Source: Anthoceros angustus
Lineage: Eukaryota; Plantae; Anthocerotophyta
Reading direction: 5' to 3'
NCBI GenBank assembly: GCA_010909165.1
Contig: VJWM01000025.1
Location: forward strand, 744,001-808,000
DNA: 64,000 bases
Shown: positions 26,011 through 39,435 of the stretch, in pieces
Numbering within the stretch: the first letter of the stretch is position 1
Layout of the letters: every line of letters starts with the position of its first letter
Notes under the pieces: model-generated
Seen by the model: the letters and a program-made list of their open reading frames with translations, nothing else
What the model was told of the DNA's origin: nothing
Databases searched by the model: none
Translations under genes and position numbers: made by a program

Positions 26011-29000
26011 TCACCAGGATGACCCGTAATTTGCATAGGAAGATGGGTTTGATCGGTGCATGCCGTTATGACCCGGAGCACCCCAGCCAATAGGCATCCC
26101 TGGCATTCCTGGCATAGATGGCCTGCAAGACCCCACGAAATTCATCAACTCAGTCAGTCCATGGTGGACCTGGGCAAGCCTTGACGTGTGGTAGTGCTAG
26201 TCAGGGCTTGTAAGCGGAAGGATGGTGTACACAAGATAAGAAACATGGCAGCAAGAGCTTGAAGGAGACAAGCTTTGTTTACCTTCTGGCTGATATCTGC
26301 CGGACATCTCTCCAGGCAGGCGAGCTTCTGAATCTTCCATGAGAACCGTGTTGCAGCATTCCAGAGTTGGGCAATTCTCTGGAAGTGCTTGTTGGACGGG
26401 GGGAAGGGGTGGGCCAAGATGGAGAGGAAGGAGTGAAGACATCACGGTCCGGTCTTTGGTACACCTCTCTGGAGGCTTGAGGGGCACCAGGGCTGCTCAA
26501 CCTGCCTCCACCGCGGGGAGAGTAGTTTGGGTCGGGTCTCTGGGGAGAACATATCTGCCATGTCTTGCCACTGATGAAGAAGTTCACTCCTGACGGAGGG
26601 CTGTCCCAGGGTTGCACACTTCTGGGAGCAGAAGAAGCGTAGCTGCTGCTGCTGCTGCCTCCTTGGCCTGCGACCGCTGCCGCAAGAGCTGCTGCCTGGT
26701 AAGACATGGGATCTGAGCCGTAGTCCATCATGGGTGCTTGCGTCTGCAGGGGCGTCTGCATCTGCCTGCTGCCGTAAGGCTCACCCTGCCTGAATGCATC
26801 CTGCTGCTGCTGCTGCTGCCTGCTGCTGTAGGGCTCACTTTGCCTGAGTGCATCCTGCGTCTGCTGCTGCCTGCTGCTGTATGGCTCACTTTGCCTGAAT
26901 GCATCCTGCGCATGCTGCTGCCAGCTGCTGCTATAGGTGCTGTAAGCTGGGTGGGTTTGGCGGTAGGAAGGAGGATTGAGATTGTTGTGCCTATAGGAAG
27001 ATACAACTTCCGGGGTAGAGGCAGCACCGAGCTGGAAGTGAGGGGGAAGGGAGGGGTTCTTGGCATGGCCTCCGTACCTAATGCTGGCGGCTGCAGCTGC
27101 AGCAGGCGACCTCTGCTCCGGGGAATTGAGCTGGAACTTGGGCGGGATGCCGTGGAAGCGATCCGGAGAAGTGGCAGGCAGGTGCAGGGGGGAGTCACTG
27201 AGCTGCCGGTCCAGCAACCTAGCGTTGCTGCTGCCGGGGGTGCCGGGGGTGCCGGGGGTTCTACCATACCGGATGGGGGACACCACATTCCCCATAGATG
27301 GACTATGCGGGGAGCCCGCAGGCTGCTGGTGGTAGATGGGCGACTTCCTCATTCTCCTTCCCGGAGAATGAGACTGCCTAGGAGAAGCCCTGTTGTGCAA
27401 GCCTCCTGGAGACCTCATGGACGAAGGACTGAAGGGAAAGGGAAAGGGGAATGGAGAAGATGGATCTGGGCTGTGCATCCCTCCTTTTGGGCTGTCCGCC
27501 TTCCTGGTGTCCTTGGAGGATCTGCTGGACCTGGCGGACCTGCCCCTGTCCCTATCCAGATGCACGGCAGCCACTCCTTCCACAATGCTGGGCAGTTCCA
27601 GCTTCCAGGCGTTCCTGAAGCAGTAAGCCGGAGGGATCCTGTACTGGGCTCTAGCAACCTTGGCTGCCATCTCGTCGCGCAGCAGCTCCTCCTCCGTCCG
27701 ATAAGCTGTCAGCTCATTGTAGCGTCCCAGCCCCAGACTCACCCCCAGGTGGTGCCCAGAAGAGGAGAAGCTGGAGCGGGCGCTGTCTGGGAAGCTGTAC
27801 CTGCTCATGCTGTCTTGCCTGCGCAGGTCCCCGCTGTGGCTGATGCTGCTGCTGCCCTTTTTCATTTCCTGCGAGTAGTCCGAGTCCCACCCCGAGTCCT
27901 GCGGATTGATCTTGCTCGACCTGTTGGTGCAGCCCATGACGATGAGGCCATGTGACTTGGTGCAGCGCAGGGAGCCGCAAATGGAAGGCCTGTTCCCCTT
28001 GGCAGACTTCTTGGACTCCCCCTGGAGATGCCTCTTGGCGGCCGCCGCCTTGAGGCAGCAGCACTTGCAGGCCGGGTAGGAGGGGCCCCATGCCAGGTTG
28101 GGGTCTGCAGCAAGGAGCAGCATCAGCATCGGCAGGACAGTCCAATTCCGGGATTAGAGATGCAAACAGGCTGGATTTAGTCCAAGTCCGGAGAACACGA
28201 GCAGAAGCAGGAGGGATGGATGCAGCAGGAAGAGGACATGTCTGCAGATGCTCCAGGAAGAGGAGCAGGAGGAGAAGCAGGAGGAATGGATGGATGCAGC
28301 AGGACAGTCCGGTTCAGAGTTCAGAATTCGGCGAAGTCCAGGAACAGGAGCAAGAGGAGCAGAATGCATACCAGAGTCGGTGACGCTGTCAGGAAGCAGG
28401 CGAGGCAGGGGCACCAGGTAGTAGACCCGCCCACTCTCCAGCTCGGCATCCAGGGGCAGAATCCGGCCTCTGTCCGCCCTGGGAAGCTGGAAATCGATGG
28501 AGCCGTCCTCGCTCCCGACGTCGCTCTCCAGGTCCGACTGCCCGTCTCCTCCTCGTCCTCCTCCCCGGGGGATGTGCAATGGGGACATGCCACCACCATA
28601 GCGGCCGCTTCCGAATCTCGGACTCGGGCTGCTCCTGCTGCTGCTGGGCTTGGGGGACGAGAATCTGCCGAGGGTGAGAAGCCGTTGCATCGGGGAGGCC
28701 AGAATACCGCCCAACACGTCCCGCCTTTCCGACTTGGAGCGACCCAGAAAGCGGCGCATGATGGGCGACCCCAAGGCGGACATGAAGGAGGAGGAGGAAG
28801 AGGCGCTGCCGCCGCTGCTGTTCCGGCTCCATTGCTGCTGTTGCTGCTGCTGATGCTGCTGCTGCCGAGAAGCGTCGCGGAAGGAGGAGCTGAAGCTGCG
28901 CCGCGCGGGCGAGGCTGTGAAGGAGTTGGTGTCGGATCTGTCGTCGGAGGTGCAGGAGTCGGTGTCGAAGGAGCCGTCGTCCACGTCGAGGGCGGAGGAC

Positions 29001-29287
29001 AGCTTCAGGTTGGTGAGCCGGGACTGGTGGAAGACGAAGTCCTTGGGATTTCCCTCACACACCAGATGGTGAGGGTGGGATGTGTGCGCCAGCAGGTCCC
29101 CTGCAGTCATGCTCCATAGCTCCGGGAAGCGCAGCAGCTGCCCGTCCGCAGTCAGAACCTTCAGGGTCGTCCCTGTGCTGTTCCCCCCGCTTCCTGGGTC
29201 GACCACCCCCGATCCCCCCAGGCAGCTCCCCGGCCACAGCCCCCGGGCCAGCGCAGCGTGCCCTCCTCCTCCTTTCCTAAATTTCAT
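26011..29287 (-). CDS. DUF4228/PADRE-domain protein with very long disordered Ser/Pro/Gln-rich C-terminus (~950 aa)
   Basis: LKVLTADGQLLRF..TAGDLL..HPHHLVC and RILPLDAELESGRVYYLVP match DUF4228. A phase-matched GT-AG intron (28371-28105) joins the next long ORF, which contains AWKLELPSIVE; intron 26282-26123 leads to stop at 26011. The start could lie further upstream. Confidence 0.72.
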
Positions 29288-31101
29288 CCTCCTTCCTCCC
29301 TTTCTGCTGCCGTAGCCCTGCCCTGCCTCTCTCACCTCGACTTCCTCACCATCTCCAGGCTATGGCTGCCCAGCCCTGCCCTGCCCTGCCCCGCCCTCCG
29401 CCTCCTCCTCCTCCACCTCCAGTCCTTCCCTCCCCCACTCTTCCACATGCACTGCTCCTGCTCTGAAGCTTCCTTTGCTTGCAATGCCTTAGCCTTGCCT
29501 TCCCTTGCTGTGCAAATGCCTTTCACAATGCGTTGCCCTCCCTCGGTCTGCTTGCCTTGCTGGGCAAAGGCAGTACCTTCCCCAATGCCTCGCCCTTGGC
29601 TACCTCCCTACACTGGTCTCGTGCAGATCTCCTACTACATCAGCGCATAAGGGCTGGACCCATTGAAGCGGCAGCAGAGGCGGCGGATCCTGGAGCCTTC
29701 CTCCTCGCCGCTGCTGCCCTCCTTGTCCGTCATGGATCCACAGGAAGCACACAATGTCAGCGTAGTCACTCACAAGGAGGAAGCAGCGGGGAAGAAGCGC
29801 GGATGGTGGGCGGCGGCGGGAAAGAGAGGCGGGCAAGGACTGAGGGCCTCAAGAGGGGAGGAGGAGCAGCATCGGGGAGCGTGCCAGCAGCAGCAGCCGG
29901 GAGAGGCAAGGAAAGGAAAAGAAAGGAAGGACAGGGAAGGGAGGAAGGCAGGCAGGCTATGGAAAAGCGAAACGGAATGGAATGGATGGGAAGTTGGACG
30001 TGAGGAGGGACGTTTGGTGGAGTCGAAGTGGAGTGAAGGAAGCGGGCGGGGAGTCGGGGACGCGAATCCAAAGGCGTGGCTGCCCCAAGTACATACATTG
30101 ACTTTGGCAAGCCGGGGGCAGGGGGCAGAGGCAGAGGCAGAGGCAGGGGCTGTGTAGCAGGGGTCCACACACTCGGAATTTGACGCAATTAAGTTACATA
30201 AATAAGTAAGGAAAAGGGGAAAACCGACGGAGGGGTCCCGGGAGAATGGAATATGGAATAGGACGTTGGGGCGGTGGCCAGGCTTTGGATTAATAAGCGG
30301 CAGCGGCCCTGGCTCGCCGAATGGAATGGCGGGAGGTGATTGATGAGCATTGAATGCGGAGAGCGGTGGGCCCGCGGGGCCCCGCCGCGCCCAGCCTAAT
30401 CATGCTTCATGCGCGGGGCCGCCCTAATCATGCCCTAAATTTGGACGCCCGCATGCACCACGCTGCGCGCAATCATGGCGGGCGCGCTGCCGTCACGCCT
30501 CATTTTGTCAACCTTTTTATTTACGCGGCCGCGCTTTTGGTTTCTTTCCATTGGGGCGGGACCCCCGGCCTTCTTTTCACATGCGGCGGATCCGGGCCAT
30601 CATCACGGGCCTGCTCTGCTCTCCCCTCCCCGCGCTGTCTGGATCCTGGTTCGGGAATTCGTGCTCGCGTAACCCTAACGCTACTCCTAATGCGAGCAAG
30701 GCTCCCAAAACCCTAATGAAGCTTTGTCTGTCTTGCCCTTGCCCTAGCCGTGAGCCTGGGTCTCCTGAATTAATCTCATCAGCTTGCCTGCATGCGCTGA
30801 TTCCGGCACTTGTCTCATAGCCTGTTCACATAAAGAAAACCACAGCGCAGTTCGTCCTGCCCAGGAAACTGCGCAGCTTCCTTGCTCACCGGGCTCACCT
30901 AAATTAAGCTGTCGTCGATCCACTCTGCGCTTGTCACTGTGACTGCGGCCAGACTCCGTAGTCGCAGTGTCTGCATACCACCGCGCTGTCAACCGTGCAC
31001 CATCCCGGGTGATCAAAATGCACCGAGATGTTTTGTGCTGCATTAAACAACCCAAGATCTTCCAACTAGCCGTACCAAGCCGCTTTGTGCCCTAGAAAGC
31101 T

Positions 31102-32058
31102 ATGGCAGACCTGCCGCGTTCCATAGCAGATTTTCCTCGCGGGCACCTTGAACACTGCAGCCAGCCGGTTGGTCAGGAAAAGGCGACTTGGACAGATGAA
31201 GGCACCAGAGATTGATTGCCTTGTTTCAAGAGAAGTATTTCCAGGTGAACAAAGGCAATCTAGAGGTGAAACATTGGCATGAAATTTGCAGTTTGGTTTC
31301 TCCGTCGCACTGGACTGTTCGTTGGAAGCAATGTAAGCGAAGGTAGAGGCTCAAGAAGAAATACAAGCGGAAGGAGAGAAGGTCAAGCATACATCGTGGG
31401 GACACCAAGCTCTTGGCCTTTCTTGAGCAGATGGACTCCTTCTTAGGCACAACCAAATTTTGTGGCATTCCGTGGTCCGTTGATGTTGGGAGCTTTGCGG
31501 TTGATGGCACTTCTTCCGTGAATGAGGACCCAATTGCTCCAGATTTTATCAACCTTGAAGATGAAGACCTTCACCAGGATACTGCAAACCTCCCCAGCCA
31601 AGCTTGGTGGCAAGGACACCATGCCAACTCCCGCTCCGTCCTCAGCAGCAACAGATTCTTGTCCAGATAATGGGGAAACGACACCAGATACCCCTCTATC
31701 CCAGATCGAAAAGCTTGTCGGGGTGTCTGCACAACGTAGCCAGGGGAAAAGAAAGACTAGAAAATTATCCTTCGGTGGCAAGTCAGATTTTCGCGAAGGT
31801 ATGCAAGCTTTTGCCCAAAGTTATGTGCAGATTGAGGAGGCTAAGTTGCTTCACGCACGAGAGTTGGAGAGACAGAGACTGGAATTCATGCAGAGTGTGG
31901 AACATGCCAGAGTACTTCATGATTCACAACGTCAGCAAATGCAAGCCGAAATCCAGTTGAAGATAGCAGAATTGTTTGCCAGTTCCCAAGTTGGAACAAA
32001 ACGGAACAGCCTACTTCTCATTCCGATGATGAGAGGTGATGTAGCATGGGAGGAATAG
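31102..32058 (+). pseudogene. Myb/SANT-like (trihelix-type) DNA-binding ORF of a PIF/Harbinger element, frameshifted
   Basis: KATWTDEGT..LIALFQEKY..GNLEVKHWHEI..QCK..LKKKYK plus a C-terminal coiled coil (ELERQRLEFMQ); frameshifts and stops present; convergent with a Harbinger transposase. Confidence 0.7.
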
Positions 32059-32199
32059 CGACGTTTCAATTCGGGCAGCATAGGCCCCTTCTAATGTAGG
32101 TCGAGACTTCTTGTGTTTTGTGATACCTTGATTTAAAGGTGATAATTATTTCTTTGGGCATGATGGCCTCCCATACTTTCTAACATACAATAACAATCA

Positions 32200-33411
32200 C
32201 AATTTGCCTCAACAATTTGTATTCACCCAAAACTCCAACAATGCTTGTCTTTGTTCGTTGCCCACTCGTTGAAGCTCCTCCATGGCATTCTCCAAATAAA
32301 ATGGTGATGGTGCATGGGATAAGGGTCCGGATTTTCCAGACATTTGCCACATCGGGCTCCTTGTGCATGATGCAAAATTATGTAACACTGCAAGCTACTA
32401 CATTTGCCCACATAAGGAAGAGCCACATTTATGTCTTTGAATCACTGTTCTTCAAATTCCCAAATGCATTTTCAATTTTCACCCTTCCTTTGCGCAGACT
32501 CCTATTGAACCTTCGTTTGTCAGTGCGCATGGTGTATCATATGCCTTCATGAGGAAAGGCATGATTGGATAAGCACTATCACCAACAATAAAAGGCCGAA
32601 CATTAGTGTTGCCAACCAATATCGTTGGCTCGTCAAGATGTCATGTCGATGTAATCTTGCCCACACACTACTCTTCCGCAACACGCAGTCATGGACACCT
32701 CCGGAGCAATGCAACTTACATCCAAAAGATTTGATTATAGTCACAGACTCCTTGAAGAATGACGCTATGCATGTCATGACGTGACCAATACGCCGGAGTA
32801 TACTTGTTAGCGAGCTTAGCCAATTTGATGTGCGAACCATCAATTGCACCCACCATATTTGGAACTCCGGGGTGCAAAAACTTATCGCACATGCTAGTTG
32901 TCGTTGGCCACTTGGCATGTTGATGAACTTTGAAGCCAACTTCCTTGGATTACTAAGGATGCTAGTAATCAACTTGGTATACTCATCACGATGGATGGTC
33001 CAACTCCATAGGTGTTAGCGACAACTTTAGGAGATGCTCCATAAGCTAACCTGTGCAAGACCATGGCAACTCCAAGCTCAAGTTGCAAAGGTGGCTGTTA
33101 GACTTCTTTTGGATGTAAGGACGTAATTCTTCCACCAAAAGCTTGAAAGTGAGTAGGCCATCCTGCACTCCTTCCTCCATTGTGCATCCAACTGTTCTTG
33201 CCCCATCAAAGCCAAGCAAGCATGTGTAAAGAACTCCAAGTTGTATTTTGCGAAACTTCCACCAAAATCTCGTTGAAGACTGCTGCTCAATATCCCAATG
33301 AAAGAAGTACGCTCCAACCAATGAAAGTATTAAAGGAATAACAAAACATCCATCATTACTCATCCCACTATCATCCAACTGTGAGCTAAAACCATAGGTA
33401 GATCCGTGCAT
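32200..33411 (-). mobile_element. Degenerate PIF/Harbinger DDE transposase (DDE_Tnp_4-like)
   Basis: Fragments GAIDGSHIKL, PPGGVHD, GDSAY, FNRSLRKGRVKIENAFGNLK and LQCYIILH appear in disrupted frames. Confidence 0.85.
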
Positions 33412-36400
33412 TCTACATAAGATTTCATGAAAAACCAAATAAAATATTAAATAACATGGGATCCATGACCCCAAGCAAACAAAGGACAAGACACACAAGG
33501 CCAGGTGACAAGGCCAAGGGAGCGGAATCAAAAACACAACAAGCCACACAACAGACAATGAAGTTGAAAATGAGAAGACGAGCCTCTTGTATCCTCACGA
33601 TGCCATTTTTGTAATATAATATTAGTACCATAACATCACGGGTCATGGGACCACAGCTTGGCCCTGCGTGACCACGGCCCGGCCCTGCGCCTTGCTGCGC
33701 AGTATCGACCTTATCGTTTGGTTAAAGAAACCGAAAAAGATCGGGTTCGCCCGATCTTTACGGCGAGTCTACGCAGCATGTCCGGTTCCGATGTGAACAG
33801 GCCATCACTCCTGACACAGCCACCGGCTCGCAGCCGCAGGCAGCACGCAAGCACGCAAGCACGCCGGCACTTGCAGCAGCGCCATCCGATCGCACATGGC
33901 CTTGGGCCCGGCCCTCGCCCCGGCCCCCCGCTGTTTGCGAAATTAGATCTGCCTTTGATCTCGCTGCTCCTGCTCCTGCTGTTGCTGTTGGGCAGCTGCC
34001 TTGTCCGACTCCGTATGTTAACGCGCTTGTGGCCCAGACACCGCCAGCGCCCTCGTGTGTCAGACCCTCCCTCGTCATCAACTCTCCACTCTCCACCCAG
34101 GCTTCTTCCCCAGTCTCCCGTCGAGACTGGAGATGTCTTATGACAGTCCAGTCCGGTGTGACCAGTGATGCCTGCCTGCTCCTCTCTGGCGCCTTCTTCT
34201 GCTTCCTGTCCGCTTGCTTGTAGACAATGCGCTTCTTCGTCACAGGCAGCAGCTCGCTACTGGGTCCGGGTCCGGGTCCGGGCCCGCGCCCAGATCCTTC
34301 CATCCACACGCTCTTCCAAATGCCTCAACCACCAGCTTCGTCACCACTGACCATGCTCCCACCTCCTCTCCAGCCGGAGCCGTAGCCGTAGCTGCTGCTC
34401 TTGCTTTTGCTTTGATCCCAATAATGTTATTGTTGCCAGCCTTCCCTGGACTCGTCTCCCCTTTCATCAATTCATTCTCGCCCCAGGCTGAAATTCACCA
34501 AGGCTTCACTTTCGTTATAACTGCCATCTGCCATGCACACCTGCGCTTTCCTTGCCTCCGTTTCGCAGAAGCAGCCCCTCTCTCATTGACAAACCGGTAG
34601 ACGACAGTCGTGCTGCTCGTCTTTTCCTCCCTGAATAAAGTGAGAACAAAAGCGGCAGCTGGCGGCCAGTCAGCTAGCTAACAAGCTGCAGATGCCGCTT
34701 GTCATGTAAATCCATTCCATCGCCTATCGCCTTGGCAACTTGGCGGTGCGGTTGGCCTTGTGGGAAAGGAAGATTCCTGGCCAGTCCCAGTCCCAGTCCC
34801 AGTCCCGCCGCTCATGCGCATGCTAGTCGGCTGGAAAGTTGTTAGATATTACTCTACAGACACCACAAGACAAACCGTTACACTTCCACGTCCCGTGCAG
34901 TGCCCAGTCCCGGCCCTTATCTGCCCTCGGTCGTTTGAAATTACGGACCCCGCCATGATGTATTCCACCTTCCTCTTCCTCTTACAAGCAAAACCCTCAC
35001 TTTCACCAGTAACCCTACCCTAGTGCGCTATGTACATATGTTCATTCATCCATGTCCTTTCGTCTCCCTTTTTCTCTCTTATCCAAAACAAAATCCCCAC
35101 ATCAACACTTCTGACCTAATCTGTCCTCATCTATGGACTAAAGTGTACCTAAATTCTTCTCCTCCTACTTTAGAATGGGCATATGCGTATGTATCGACAT
35201 ACCTGTACGTGGTTTTGAAAAAGCAGTAAAGTTTGCCAAAATATACTATATGCATGCGAGGACCAACAGACCGACCTGTATCAAACATGAAATTGTACGT
35301 TACAATCGCGATAAAAAAAACAAAAAAAAAACTGTACGTTGCATAAGACACAAGTGTGGTACCGTAGTACTGGACACAAGCAAGACAAAGTACACACTTG
35401 AGACCATGGAAATCTTTGACAGACTTGCATATCCTGGTGAGGCCTCATGCGCACCACTCACTTGTGAGTATCAGGTTGAGATGGTCTTCGAGAACTACGA
35501 TATGGTCCCTGTCTGTCAAACAAGAGCTCAGCAATTTGGATTCTCGGACAGCTGCCTGCAGCACATGTACCGTTCACAAGGCCTGAAGTACTATTTCGTG
35601 AGCATCTTAATTCCTCTCCACTGGATTGACAGGTTCACAACAAATCGACTCCAGGCTCCATTGCGGACAGCATGCCCCACTGGGAACTCACAGTTTCTAT
35701 GCAAATACGATTCATCTCTCAAAAAACACTGCTGACCTGCCACTGGTGAGATTGAGACTTGTGCCTGTGCCTGACAGTGTGCCTGTGCTTGTGCCTGTCC
35801 GACTGACGGTTGGAAATAGTTGTCGGCAGTTTACAACCACAAGAATTTCATGCCCTTCCCTGCACCATCCTTCCTTGGCTTCCATCTAAATCCGTCAAGA
35901 GCAGCTCTTGAAATGCACTGGTGATCAAGAACCACGTGCAATGCCTGCCTAGCGTTGACAGCCGTCAACCTCCGCAGGCGCTGTGGACACTGGTGCCGTC
36001 CAGATCCAGCCACTTCTTCCTCGCTGGTTACACAAAAATCTGTGTTTCTAGAGACTAGAGTACAGGCACCAACTCTTGAAAACGGCGCAGCTCACAACTT
36101 CAGGCTCTGTAGCAGAAATTCACCACCAGCCAAGGTGCAACGGATTAGTCAACCAATTTCAAGAGAGTAAGCACCGCCGGTTGCAAGTCCCTGAATGAAT
36201 ATGAATTCCTGCAGTGGATTCCTCTCTGGAGACATGGAATCGTCCGAAAGGTCATGGAGTCCTCCAAAGCATCTCAAAGGACAAAATAGTCATGGACTCC
36301 TCCTCCAAAGCATCACAATTTAGTCTTACAGAAACAGGCTCCCGCGACTGTCGAAGGTGGTGATCCGGAAGCTCAGAACTGATGCAGATTCCAGGCTGCA

Positions 36401-36904
36401 ACAACTTGCAGTTGTTCCGGCGCCATTGCTTCCAAAACCCACCTGCCACACCTGCCGTGCAATTGCGAACTCCAACATACCAGAACTGGGAGGAATAATT
36501 CCCGGTTGTTAAGTTAGTTAAGTACCTACACAGACACGTGTATGTCCCTACATATGTACAGTGACCCTTGATTACCATTTTCGGCTCCCTCCTCCTTCCC
36601 CACTTGGGGCAAACGGAGGTATTTGCGTATATTAGCCAGCATGCCTTCAATTCACTGGACAGGGCATATGTATTCATGAAGGCGATGTGCCCATGCTCCC
36701 TTGCATATTTTCGTAATTTTTTCGTTGTTTTGTCTCTTCCTCAATATTGGATAATCATAAGTTTACATGTGTTCATATATTCAGAAAGTATGTGGTCATG
36801 ATGATGAAGAGATGATTATTATTATCAAAAGTAATGATAATTATCATCGAAAGTGAGGATCGTCATCACCAAAAATGATGTGACTACTGAAAAATTATAA
36901 GTAT

Positions 36905-38225
36905 CTCTTTTATCTTGTGATAAGAGGGATACAAGATGAAGAAATGATTACCCCTTTCATCTTGTGCAAGAGGGAGGACGATGTCTATATCTCTTCTCGA
37001 GAACTATTATGTGAAATGCCCCTTTCATTTTACACAGGAGAAAAGACGGGAGTCTAGATCTCTTCTGTAGCCCTATTGTGTGAAATGTGTACAAGAGGAA
37101 GGATAGGAGCTTGGATCTCTTCTTCACACGGATTGTGAGAAATGATGTTTTCATTTCCTACAGAAGGAAGGAGAGAGCTTTTAGATCTCATCTTCAGACC
37201 AGACCGGTTGTGTGAAATCTGCTTTTCATCTTGTGCATGAAGAAGGACAAGAGCTTGGATCTCTTCTTTGGATCGGTTGTGTGAAATGACTCTTTTTCTT
37301 GTACACTAGGTTTAAGGACGGAATCCTAGATCTCTTTGTCAAATCGGTTGTGTGAAATAGCCCTTTCATCTTGTAAGGAGGAAGGACGGATGGCTAGATC
37401 TCTTCGTCAGGCCCATTGTGTGACATGCTCCTGTCATCTTGTACTATAGGAAGGATGGATGCCCGAGTCTCTTCTTCAACTCCAAATATGTACATGAAAT
37501 ATCCTCCGTGTTCACCATTTCATACCTTTCATCTTGTACAAGAGGGAGCACGGATGCTTGGATCTCGTATTTAAGTCCAGCTTTAGTATCTTTCATCTTG
37601 TACAAGAGGGAGGATGGATGCCCGGAACTTTTCATCTTGTACAAGAGGGAGGACGGATGCCTGGGACTTTTCATCTTGTACAAGAGGGAGGACGGATGCC
37701 CGGAACTTTTCATCTTGTACAATAGGGAGGCCGGATGCCCGGAACTTTTCATCTTGTACAAAAGGGAGGACGGATGCCCGGATCTCGTATTCAAGATCAG
37801 GTTTAGTACCTTTCATGTTGTACAAGAGGGAAGACGCATGGATGCCCGGAACCTTTCATCTTGTACAACCTTTCATCTTGTACAAGAGGGAGGACGGATG
37901 GATGCCTGGAACTTTTCATCTTGTACAAAAGGGAGGACGGAAGCCCGGATCTCCTATTTAAGATCAGGTTTAGTACCTTTCATGTTGTACAAGAGGGAGG
38001 ACGGATGGATGCCCGGAACCTTTCATGTTGTACAAGAGGGAGGACGGATGGATGCCCGGAACCTTTCATCTTGTACAAGAGAGAGGACGGATGGATGCCC
38101 GGAACCTTTCATCTTGTACAAGAGGGAGGACGCATGTCGGAACCTTTCATGTTGTACAAGAAGGAGGACGGATGGATCCCCGAAACCTTTTATCTTGTAC
38201 AAGAGGGAGGACAGATGCCCAAATC
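36905..38225. repeat. Complex minisatellite, ~25 copies of a TTTCATCTTGTACAAGAGGGAGGACGGATG core with 39/43/64/~70-bp periods
   Basis: Near-perfect copies at 37527-38225 and diverged ~70-bp copies at 36905-37480. The core contains the palindrome TCTTGTACAAGA. Confidence 0.92.
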
Positions 38226-39295
38226 AGGATGTGTGACATGTTTGCCATGTTCACCGTTTCGTATTCAATAAATTGTTATGCAGCCATACATAGCATGTAT
38301 ATATATAATTGTTTTATGTTCAATGAACTTTTTGGCACCCATATATAGTAGGAAGAATAGATATATACACTATTCCACCGCTTCATATTCAATATACTTT
38401 TTTGCATCCATATATATTAGATATATTAGGAAGGTACGAACGATACTTCAATTATGTGGTGTTGACTTAGGTCATCGTGTCCTTGTTGTGTGTGCATATT
38501 GATTGCAACCTTTATTGTAGTAACTTCCATATTTTTAGAATGTGCTTTGAAATACTTCTAGTTCTCATTCATGGAGAAGATGAAAAGCAAAATCATATAT
38601 AGTAAGATAATCTAAATAAAAAATTATAGATTCAAATACATACATATGGAAGTTTTGATGACACGCTTAACCAAATGTGAGGCAATCTTTGATTCCTAAT
38701 TTCATTCCTTACAAAGTTTGACTTCACTACACAACACGGAAGAGTAACAAATATCCACATATGTAGTGGAAATATGGAATTTACAAGTAATTCCCACATT
38801 TTTATTTATGTTGATACAAATGCTAGTAAGATATTAAAATTCAATATTATTATTATTATTCTAAGATTATATTTATTATTATTTTATTTTATTTTAAATA
38901 TTAAAATTTAAAACCTATCACATAATAATAATATTATTCAAAATATTTTTTTGCTCAAATAAGAGATTTAGAAAAAATCTCATTCACTCATGAAGCTTTA
39001 TACAATGAAGTAGAGTAGACGTTATTCATAGGCGAGATGGGAAATCCCATCTACCCCTGAAGTCCAAATAATACTTTTCTCTAAATAATTATCCAATATA
39101 TACAATAGATCTTAATTATAGGGTTCCTTCCTTATACAATGTATAGATTGTCTCCACCCAAAGATATGTTATGACTCAAGAAATCATTGATATGTGAACT
39201 TTCAAAAGAATGCCCAATTTCTAGTGAAAAACTGTTCATATAGCATTCTTGTAACTATTTCTTAATAGTACAGCTAACATCAAGCTCCATGTGAA

Positions 39296-39435
39296 ACTAA
39301 ATTAAGGTAAGGTCTTCAATAATCACTTGCTAATTAATTATAATTTCCTTGCGTTCTTTATGTTACTAAATTAAGGTTAAGGACTTCAATAACCGTTTGC
39401 TAATTAATTATAATTTCCTTGCGTTCTTTATGTTT
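39296..39435. repeat. ~69-bp tandem duplication in an AT-rich tract
   Basis: CTAAATTAAGGT(T)AAGG.CTTCAATAA...TTGCTAATTAATTATAATTTCCTTGCGTTCTTTATGTT occurs twice. Confidence 0.8.

Noticed and set aside
26738-29119. Long plus-strand ORFs (405 and 299 aa)
   Set aside because: Antisense shadows of the GC-rich PADRE gene.
33658-36700. Short ORFs and exon-like segments (e.g. 33758-34309 minus, 35175-35735 plus)
   Set aside because: An orphan gene may be present, but no motif or coherent splice model could be supported.
36905-38225. CRISPR-like array (palindromic repeat with variable gaps)
   Set aside because: The intervening sequences are homologous to each other or nearly absent, there are no cas genes, and the context is eukaryotic.
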